Shown: in pieces, positions 40,033 through 47,150 of the stretch | Layout: each line of letters begins with the position of its first letter | Position numbering within the stretch: the stretch's first letter is position 1 | DNA from: a virus | Length of the DNA stretch: 64,000 nt | Virus record (IMG/VR): IMGVR_UViG_3300027985_001265 | Location: 1-64,000 of that record | Strand: one strand, 5' to 3' | Notes under the pieces: generated by a model | The model's input: the letters and a program-made list of their open reading frames with translations, nothing else | Told to the model about the DNA's origin: nothing | Databases searched by the model: none | Position numbers and translations under genes: made by a program

Positions 40033-40419
40033 ATGAATAAGAAACCTTGCGGTTGTGGTTTAAGGTTAATGCTGCGCATTTTTAATAAAAAATGGCGTAG
40101 CTGTATTATTTGTCACCTTGCCAGGAAAACTCTATATTTTACTGAGCTTAAAAAAATTATAGGAATTTCTCATAAAGTATTAACAGAAAACCTGCAAATA
40201 CTTAAAAAAGTTGGGATTGTAGAACGGACAGTTATTGACACTGTACCTATCCAGGTACAATACTCTTTAACTGATATGGGAAGATCTTTGATACCCATTA
40301 TACGAGAAAGTCATAAATGGGTAAATGAGTGGAGGGATACTCTAGAGATGCCCTCTGATAGAGCACCTCTATGTAAGTATCCAAAATCTAAACGTGAAAA
40401 GGCCTGGGAAACTTTCTAG
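40033..40419 (+). CDS. HxlR-family winged-helix transcriptional regulator
   Basis: 'KW...I','FTELKK.I.GISHKVLTENL..L...GIVER.V....P..V.YSLT..GRSL.P'. Confidence 0.9.
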   Translation: MNKKPCGCGLRLMLRIFNKKWRSCIICHLARKTLYFTELKKIIGISHKVLTENLQILKKVGIVERTVIDTVPIQVQYSLTDMGRSLIPIIRESHKWVNEWRDTLEMPSDRAPLCKYPKSKREKAWETF

Positions 40420-40615
40420 CCCGTTCAGATACTGTGATTAAGGTGGGTTGGCCATCAGGATGATAAAGTGTATTCACCAGATTCGGGTCCATGGATTGGC
40501 CCCAGGATACTTCGGTGGAGAACAGGGTATCATCCTGAATGGCTCTTTCAGCAGCTTCAGGGGATAGTTCAGCAAAGGTTTTATATTGCCACACTCTTTT
40601 TATAATTGACAGCAT
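40388..40615 (-). CDS. Hypothetical protein
   Basis: AAGGAG RBS, 75 aa. Confidence 0.6.
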   Translation of the reverse strand: MLSIIKRVWQYKTFAELSPEAAERAIQDDTLFSTEVSWGQSMDPNLVNTLYHPDGQPTLITVSERARKFPRPFHV

Positions 40616-40711
40616 GTGACTCTCCTTCAGTTTTATGTAGATAAAATCTTATATTTAATCCTTTGATTTTATATACAATAAGGAGATTTCTAGTGTCAAC
40701 TACAAATTGAA

Positions 40712-41212
40712 TTATGCTGCCTCAAAATTTCTGTGTGCAATAGGGTATAGCCGAATGTTGCTTACAAACTGAGAAGGTATTTCAGAAGGTTTAATCCTAT
40801 CAGGATGATACTCCTTACAATTGTAGCAGGGTAAGCAGTCCGCCCTTGGATTATTTAACCAGGAGTTTTCAAGACACTGATCCCGGTAAATACAATCCCA
40901 GGTATCGGCTGCAGCTTGAATTTTCTCTAGTTTTAATTCATATTTTTTTCTGGAAGCTTTAGCTCTATCAAGTTCTTTTCGCCTGTTAATCTCTTTTTGG
41001 ACTTCCCTGATATGAACAGCTCGACAAGCGTCACAACGTTCTGTCTTCGCTTGATTTGGGGCAAGAGTCAGTATTGTTGGGCAATCAGCACACTTCTTCT
41101 GAATCAGTTTGACTCTACCTTTAGGATGTTCTGGACAATAATATGTCCCGTTTACTCTTAACTTTATAGTATCTTGTGTCAAATGGCAGCCGCAGGTCAT
41201 TTCATAAATCAT
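40712..41212 (-). CDS. Cys-rich multi-zinc-finger protein (paralogue of 37937-38500)
   Basis: CGCH, CPEH, CADC, CDAC, CxxxDQC, PCYNC. Confidence 0.7.
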   Translation of the reverse strand: MIYEMTCGCHLTQDTIKLRVNGTYYCPEHPKGRVKLIQKKCADCPTILTLAPNQAKTERCDACRAVHIREVQKEINRRKELDRAKASRKKYELKLEKIQAAADTWDCIYRDQCLENSWLNNPRADCLPCYNCKEYHPDRIKPSEIPSQFVSNIRLYPIAHRNFEAA

Positions 41213-42168
41213 TTGAATACCTCTGGAAGTTCTTCCTGTAATTCAGCCAGGACCGGTTCCATTAGTATCCGAATCTGGGGGTGTGCAACTTTGCTTGTCC
41301 GAAGTCTTAGCATGTGTTTCCACTCGGATAAAGGGGCTGTGCAGACGACCTCTGTCTTGAGAGAATTGGGGAGGACGGATCTGGCAAATTGAGGTTGCCA
41401 GCCTTTATCCAGTAAGTCTTCATAGGAGTCTTTTGCATTTTTACATGCCCATAACCATTCAGAAGGTGCTATCATCCAGTCTTCATCTCTACGACCAAAA
41501 CGGCTTCTCCAAGCAGTTTCATAATCAGACCAGTCACCAACCCATATATTACCCACCCAAACTGGGAGAATGAATTCCATCCCTTTATTCCCATAGTTCA
41601 CATACCGGGTGCTTTCCTGGCTATATGCCCAGGGGCGATGCCTGACCATTTCATGGGTAACACCTCGATCTGTGATAAACCTGCAGGTCCGGGTAGCATG
41701 GATAAGTTTTTCTTCTGGATCAAGAGATATTTCAGGAAGAATAATGGCAATTTTTTTATCCACAATAAAGTAATCAGGGAAAATTTCAGGGTATGTTTTA
41801 ACAAAATAATCCTGGATGGCTTGCATACCAGTAGGATACTTTATAGCAGTATGTTTTAATACAAATTCTAACCAAGCCCTGAAATTTCCTGAAACGATAA
41901 AAACACCTTTCTTGTTGGAAAATCGAAGATACCCAGAATCAGAAGAGTCTTTCAAAAAACTCCAAGTTTCTTTACTGACTTGAAAAATTCTGTTTGCATG
42001 TTCCAGGACAGAATAATGTCCAGCCTTGGTGATCATTTGAACAAACCGATTGGCAGAGTCTTCTGTGATTTTGTCTTCGGACTTGTAGCAGGTCCGGCCA
42101 GCCAGCTCTATCAATTTTATTGGATCAGATTCCCGAAGGAACTGATGAGATTGTTCAATAACTTTCAT
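41209..42168 (-). CDS. thyX: FAD-dependent thymidylate synthase
   Basis: 'AGRTCYKS', 'GHYSVLEH', 'RGVTHEMVRHR...SQESTRY', 'ARSVLPN', 'AHPQIR'. Confidence 0.93.
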   Translation of the reverse strand: MKVIEQSHQFLRESDPIKLIELAGRTCYKSEDKITEDSANRFVQMITKAGHYSVLEHANRIFQVSKETWSFLKDSSDSGYLRFSNKKGVFIVSGNFRAWLEFVLKHTAIKYPTGMQAIQDYFVKTYPEIFPDYFIVDKKIAIILPEISLDPEEKLIHATRTCRFITDRGVTHEMVRHRPWAYSQESTRYVNYGNKGMEFILPVWVGNIWVGDWSDYETAWRSRFGRRDEDWMIAPSEWLWACKNAKDSYEDLLDKGWQPQFARSVLPNSLKTEVVCTAPLSEWKHMLRLRTSKVAHPQIRILMEPVLAELQEELPEVFK

Positions 42169-42488
42169 TTTGGTTCTCCATGTTTATAAACCTTCCGCAT
42201 TCTAAATTCCTCCCGTTTAGCTTCATTCCAGTTGCTGACAGGTCGAAGATAACCAACTACCCGGGAGTATACTTCGGTATGTTGACCAAAGTTTTTATCA
42301 TTCTCCCAGCAATCGGGGCATTTGAAATAGTATTCTTCATCCCGTTTACCGATGACCCCATCTTTAATTTCAATTTGGGTTGGTCCGGTACGTTCCAAAT
42401 GGATAGTGAAGTCTTCTCCACAATCCATACAGGTACAATTAACAGCAGCATACTGATGCTCGCCAATTTTTTCAGAAAGTTCTTTCAT
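42165..42488 (-). CDS. Stand-alone class III RNR (NrdD) C-terminal-like zinc-ribbon protein
   Basis: CxxC...CxxC plus 'TEVYSRVVGYLRPVSNWNEAKREEFRMR'. Confidence 0.75.
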   Translation of the reverse strand: MKELSEKIGEHQYAAVNCTCMDCGEDFTIHLERTGPTQIEIKDGVIGKRDEEYYFKCPDCWENDKNFGQHTEVYSRVVGYLRPVSNWNEAKREEFRMRKVYKHGEPK

Positions 42489-42589
42489 TTGGTTTTCCTT
42501 AATTAAAGTCAAAAGTTCTAAAGACCATTTTTATTGAATGATGACAAATCTGACGATAGGTATAAATTGAGATGAGAAAGAAAAATAGA

Positions 42590-42617
42590 AAAGGTTCTCA
42601 GGGAGTTGAGAACCTTT
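42590..42617 (-). terminator. Terminator downstream of the integrase
   Basis: AAAGGTTCTCA/TGAGAACCTTT stem. Confidence 0.7.
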
Positions 42618-42627
42618 ATTTAAAATA

Positions 42628-43797
42628 TTAAATTGTTTTCTTGAGTTGATCCAGGTAGTCGGCCCACCATTGCATCATCTTGGTTCTTTCAGGTAAATAC
42701 TCAGCATGGTTATATGCAGCCTTTACCTTATTTCGTTCTGCATGAGCAAGTTGCATTTCAACATAAGAGGTATTCCAGCCGTTTTCATTTAATAATGTGG
42801 AAGCCATAGCTCTAAAACCATGACCACACATTTCAACTTTTTCATACCCTAATCGACGTATTGCAGCCAAGACGGTATTTCCACTCATGGGTCGGGAATC
42901 TGTCATGATAGATGGGAAAAGGTATTTGGACCTATGTTCAGTATAAGGTCGAAGATCTTCTATGATTTGCAAAGCTTGAATAGATAACGGGACAATATGT
43001 GGCCGGCGCATCTTCATCTTCTCTGACGGTATTTTCCAGACAGAGTTAACGGTATCTATTTCCGACCATTCTGCTTGGCGTAATTCTTTGGGACGCACAA
43101 ATACCAAAGGTGCTAATTTTAAAGCACACAGGGTAATGAATTGTCCGGTGTACCCATCAATAGACCGGAGCAAAGCACCTACTTCTTTTGGGTCTGTGAT
43201 GGTAGCCATGTGATTAATTTTTGTTGGTTTTAACGTATCTTTTAGAGCAGCCGTGACATCGTATTGGGCTCGCTCTGTAATGACGGCATAACGAAAGATT
43301 TGGCCACATGTTTGCCGTAAACGATGGGCTGTTTCATGAGTCCCTCGTTCTTCGACTATCCGCAAAATATTTAAAATATCTAAGGGTCCAATAGCATCAC
43401 AGACTTTTGATCCAATGAAAGGGAAGGCGTGTGTCTCCAGACGGGCCAATGTTCTTTTTGCATGAGTAGGCTCCCACCCAGGTTCTTTGGTATTGTACCA
43501 CTCCCGGGCAACAGCTTCAAAAGTGTAACCGATGACGGTATGTTTTGTAGGCTTGGGGTCAATACCGTCAGCGAGCTGTAATTTAGCCTCTTGACATTTA
43601 GCCCTGGCAGCCTTTAATTTGACTGTTGGGTACACCCCAAAGGCTAGTGTTTTGCGTTTATTGTTAAAGCGGTAATCCATACGCCAGTATTTTTGTCCGG
43701 TGGGCATTACCAGAATGTATAGACCATTACCATCGGCAAGCTTGTATTGCCTGTCCTGGGCCTTAGCATTACGGATAGCAGTATCTGAGAGTTTCAT
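42628..43797 (-). CDS. int: P4-family tyrosine integrase with arm-DNA-binding domain
   Basis: N-terminal 'YKLADGNGLY..V...G.K.WR..YR...KTLAFGVYP'; catalytic R (VRPKE), K, HGFR, H (LAH), Y (AAYN). Confidence 0.95.
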   Translation of the reverse strand: MKLSDTAIRNAKAQDRQYKLADGNGLYILVMPTGQKYWRMDYRFNNKRKTLAFGVYPTVKLKAARAKCQEAKLQLADGIDPKPTKHTVIGYTFEAVAREWYNTKEPGWEPTHAKRTLARLETHAFPFIGSKVCDAIGPLDILNILRIVEERGTHETAHRLRQTCGQIFRYAVITERAQYDVTAALKDTLKPTKINHMATITDPKEVGALLRSIDGYTGQFITLCALKLAPLVFVRPKELRQAEWSEIDTVNSVWKIPSEKMKMRRPHIVPLSIQALQIIEDLRPYTEHRSKYLFPSIMTDSRPMSGNTVLAAIRRLGYEKVEMCGHGFRAMASTLLNENGWNTSYVEMQLAHAERNKVKAAYNHAEYLPERTKMMQWWADYLDQLKKTI

Positions 43798-44057
43798 GAC
43801 GGTATCTCCTTTGTAAAGTGGTTATGTACCGTCAGATATATCGTCAAGATACTGTTGCTGTCAACGGATTTTAGTAGACTTAGGTAGAAACTAAAAACCC
43901 CTGAGAGCCAGAATTCCCAAGGGTTTTAAAATAAAACTGGATGATATTAAATTACAGTGTGGTAGAGATTCTCACATCCATACTTTTTAAAAAAATCTTT
44001 TATTTTCAGTCTGTTGGTTTTTGAGAATAAGGCTTATACCGTTAAATATACCGTCAA
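43797..44057. other. Putative attP with integrase arm-type repeats
   Basis: (A/G)TA(C/T)CGT(C/T)A copies at about 43826, 43838, 44036 and 44048, plus an inverted copy over the int start (43797-43805); lies between int and alpA. Confidence 0.75.
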
Positions 44058-44062
44058 GCTGT

Positions 44063-44263
44063 TTATGCTGCGTTTTCTTTTTCATCACGTTCTTGGATTC
44101 GTTTTTCGATCCAGTCATTGATTTCACTTTCAACCCAGGCAACAGATCTTTGTCCTAACTTAACAGGCTGGGGAAATTGTTTCAAGGCCAGTAGTTGATA
44201 TACTTTAGCTCGGCATATCGAGGTACGGTCAACGACCTCTTTAATCTTCAGAAGTTTTTTCAT
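44063..44263 (-). CDS. alpA: AlpA-family excisionase / recombination directionality factor
   Basis: 'LLKIKEV..RT.I.R..VY.....FPQPVKLG.RSVAW.ESEI..WI'. Confidence 0.93.
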   Translation of the reverse strand: MKKLLKIKEVVDRTSICRAKVYQLLALKQFPQPVKLGQRSVAWVESEINDWIEKRIQERDEKENAA

Positions 44264-44296
44264 AACTCTCCTTTAATATTTAATCCATTAAAAACT

Positions 44297-44410
44297 TAAA
44301 AAAGAGCACAACCACGTTTGTCTGCCTACGTCCAGGCGTTCGTGTCTGTAGGGGGGAGATAAGCCCCTCGGCAGCGTGAGAATTGTTTTTCATGCCTGCG
44401 CTCTTTTTTA
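44297..44410. ncRNA. Candidate branched small RNA / leader upstream of alpA
   Basis: Closing stem TAAAAAAGAGC/GCTCTTTTTTA enclosing three hairpins; GC-rich island in an AT-rich intergenic region. Confidence 0.5.
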
Positions 44411-44415
44411 AAAAT

Positions 44416-44577
44416 TTAATCAGAAAAATTATCAGGATGAGCTGGATGCCAAGAGTCATCCTTTTCAAATTGTTGTGACTCCATGGCATTTTCTGGTAAT
44501 AAGGGTTCTAAATAATCATCAGCTAATCCTGGCCAGAGGTCATAATTTTTACAGTCATCTATACTTATGAAAGCCAT
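44416..44577 (-). CDS. 53-aa acidic hypothetical protein (MAFISIDDCK...)
   Basis: Read manually; GGAG RBS. Confidence 0.45.
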   Translation of the reverse strand: MAFISIDDCKNYDLWPGLADDYLEPLLPENAMESQQFEKDDSWHPAHPDNFSD

Positions 44578-44660
44578 AATCACTCCATTAATAACCTGCC
44601 GGATTGAGGAACCCGACTAATAATCGGGTCGATAACTTTATACCCCTACCGGCAGGTTTG

Positions 44661-44837
44661 TTATTCAGGTGGTGGATCCTCAGTGTCTTGAAACAAAATC
44701 CAGAGAAAGAGTACCAGGATTGCTGCTGGAGCTATAAAGATAATCCAGTGCATAACAAGAGCCACCAAAGTCAAACCAATGAATAAGGCTAAAATAATGC
44801 CCAAGGCTCCAACGACCTTGGACAGGTTGCCCAGCAT
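44661..44837 (-). CDS. 58-aa membrane protein (MLGNLSKVVG...)
   Basis: Read manually; start overlaps the upstream stop; two hydrophobic segments. Confidence 0.55.
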   Translation of the reverse strand: MLGNLSKVVGALGIILALFIGLTLVALVMHWIIFIAPAAILVLFLWILFQDTEDPPPE

Positions 44838-45256
44838 CAGAAATTAAACAGAGAGTCCTTAGTGGGAGGAGCCTCTGCCGTATTGGTTTCTTCATCTTTA
44901 TCCGGGATATCTGGTTCCTGGGTGGGTTCTTCTTCCGGATTGGTGTTAGGTTCAGTTATGATCTTCGGAGCAGGTTCTTTGGCGGCGTCTTCAATGTTCT
45001 CGTTTACCTGCTCTTCTGGTTCCTTGGTTACTTTTTCTGGTTTTTGAACGTCAAATTCCGGTATTTTCTTGGGAATAGGTGCTGTAGCCTTGGGTTTATC
45101 ATCATCCACAAAATCAATGGTAGCCCGGGTACCGTTACCACCACGGCCTACGGTGAAGTCCACATTGATCTTTTTCCCTTCGGGAATGATGATGTTCTTG
45201 GCACAGTAAGCATTCAGGGCTTCCATGATTTCGTTTTCTTCAAGAATAATCTGCAT
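44837..45256 (-). CDS. N4-like conserved protein with acidic/Pro-rich tail
   Basis: 'MQIIL...EI.EAL..Y...I...FT.GRG' N-terminus, 'SLF' C-terminus; downstream of SSB. Confidence 0.75.
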   Translation of the reverse strand: MQIILEENEIMEALNAYCAKNIIIPEGKKINVDFTVGRGGNGTRATIDFVDDDKPKATAPIPKKIPEFDVQKPEKVTKEPEEQVNENIEDAAKEPAPKIITEPNTNPEEEPTQEPDIPDKDEETNTAEAPPTKDSLFNF

Positions 45257-45303
45257 AGGTTTTTTGCATCCTTTATATAAGGGTATTTAAAGAAGAGATA
45301 TGT

Positions 45304-45330
45304 AGGGCCTCATCACTATGATAAAGCCCT
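45304..45330 (-). terminator. Hairpin after the SSB gene
   Basis: AGGGC..CATCA/TGAT.AAGCCCT. Confidence 0.45.
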
Positions 45331-45342
45331 CACCGGTTAAAT

Positions 45343-46128
45343 TTAAGCTGCTGCACCACCAAAAAGTGATGCACCACTGGCTGCCTGTTCAGGGGTGGTT
45401 GTACCCCCACCGAAAGTTCCACTGTTGCCCGGGCCGGCAGTAACATTGACCGCAGTTTTGGAGGTCTTGTCTTTGACCTGTCCGGTCCATTTTTCAGCCC
45501 ACTGGCCTTTAAATACAGGCTCGGTCATTTTGGCTTCAGCTTCGGTGACGGTTAGGCCAGAGGGATAATGGAAGAACTTGTCGATCTCATTCTCATTCCG
45601 GGTTTCTGTGGAATCCACATAATTACCAGTAGCGTCTTTGACCCGTTTGCTAACGGTCTGTTTGATGACACCGGCAAAGATCTTTTTACCCAGGAGTTCT
45701 GTAATCATGGGTACTTCGGTGGGAACTTCTTTTCTCTGGGAGAAGTCGTAGAGCATAATTGTCTTCACTTCTGATTTGACCTGGGCGATGTGTTTGCCGA
45801 GGGTCATCAGGCACAGATGGTCAGCCAGCTCAAATCCGGGCAGATATTTCTTGAGGGTCTTCTGCCCGGTCTTGGGATCTTTGGCCATGTAGAAATTCTG
45901 GCCACCTTTTGCTGTTGCAGAGGACAACCAGAGTTGTGCTTTGAGTTCCTTACCGTCTTCAGTCTCAAGGACAAGGTTGAGGGCTTTGGCACCGCCATCG
46001 GAGATGGAGCCGTAGGCCAGTTTAATATCAAAGGGGTAAATAGCAGAATCCAGAGTTCCATATCTGGAGCCGCCAAGTCTGTCGCCATCACTCTGGATGG
46101 ATATATCGGTTGTAAGGGTATCAAACAT
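45343..46128 (-). CDS. ssb: Single-stranded DNA-binding protein (N4 gp45-like)
   Basis: 'DRLGG', 'YLPGF', 'TRNENEIDKFF', C-terminal 'SLFG'. Confidence 0.9.
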   Translation of the reverse strand: MFDTLTTDISIQSDGDRLGGSRYGTLDSAIYPFDIKLAYGSISDGGAKALNLVLETEDGKELKAQLWLSSATAKGGQNFYMAKDPKTGQKTLKKYLPGFELADHLCLMTLGKHIAQVKSEVKTIMLYDFSQRKEVPTEVPMITELLGKKIFAGVIKQTVSKRVKDATGNYVDSTETRNENEIDKFFHYPSGLTVTEAEAKMTEPVFKGQWAEKWTGQVKDKTSKTAVNVTAGPGNSGTFGGGTTTPEQAASGASLFGGAAA

Positions 46129-46388
46129 GAGATTTTTATCTCCTATTTTAAAATTAATTGCTGGGCATATCGCCCGGTTACCGAATACTGATTTTCCGGT
46201 ATTCTTTCATAAGGGCAGTCAGTTCAAGACTGTTTTTCCTGGCTCTGCGGGCACCGGCTTTATTGTCGTACTTTGCAGTGTTCTGCTTGAACTCAGCAAA
46301 TAAGGTGTCAATTTTGTCGGTCAGTTCAGTTACTGCTGTTGCATTAAAATCACTCATAATAAAATTACCTCTTTGTTTTTGGTTTAAT

Positions 46389-47132
46389 TTAAGCTGCTAC
46401 GGGTGTTCCGTAATATTCATGAAGCCGGTTCAGCAAGAGTTGTGCATCATTGTCGATGAAGGTCTCTTTGGTATCCCACATACCCATGCTGGCACGGATC
46501 CGTTCGTTAACTGTTTCTTTGGTGAGCTTGGTCTGATACACATGCTTGAAACCAAGCATCTCCTCTTCCGGGGTAATAACCAAGAGAGGGTTTTTATAGG
46601 GTTCCAGGTCGGTGATTGCCATACGGCGGGCTGAAACCACAGTTGAGAAATAGGCTTCAATCCCATTGGCCTGGAGAGCACCTTTAACCGGTACTTTTCT
46701 CTCCATGACCATAGCCGTTTTATTCAGGATGGCCTGGACATGAGCCAGGATAATGACGTTGCACTTGGACGGGGCCACATACTTCTGCATCAGGTTTTTA
46801 AAATATTGTTGGTACTGGGACCATCCGGCCATAGTATCTGCTGAAGGAAGAACGTGGATAGATTCAAACATGTCCATGAGGAATGTCAGAGTGTCAATAA
46901 TGATGGTGTGAAAATTCCCGGTTACGTCTGCATGGGCAAATCCTTCATAGACCTGATAGGGGTCTGTGATGGAGAATTGCCTGAATTTAGCCGGGAATGG
47001 ACATTTTTTATTTGACTCGCAGTTGAGGTACATGATCCCCTCGGGGTTTTTTAAATTCCGGAGAGACGCTGTTTTGCCCCCGGAGGATTCCCCTACGATA
47101 AGGACTAAATTGTCATTGGTAGGCGTTGCCAT
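46389..47132 (-). CDS. AAA/Sak4-like ATPase (N4 gp44-like)
   Basis: Walker A 'GESSGGKT', 'IIDTLTF', 'VPVKG', 'IEAYFS'. Confidence 0.9.
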   Translation of the reverse strand: MATPTNDNLVLIVGESSGGKTASLRNLKNPEGIMYLNCESNKKCPFPAKFRQFSITDPYQVYEGFAHADVTGNFHTIIIDTLTFLMDMFESIHVLPSADTMAGWSQYQQYFKNLMQKYVAPSKCNVIILAHVQAILNKTAMVMERKVPVKGALQANGIEAYFSTVVSARRMAITDLEPYKNPLLVITPEEEMLGFKHVYQTKLTKETVNERIRASMGMWDTKETFIDNDAQLLLNRLHEYYGTPVAA

Positions 47133-47150
47133 TGGTTTATCTCCTATTTT

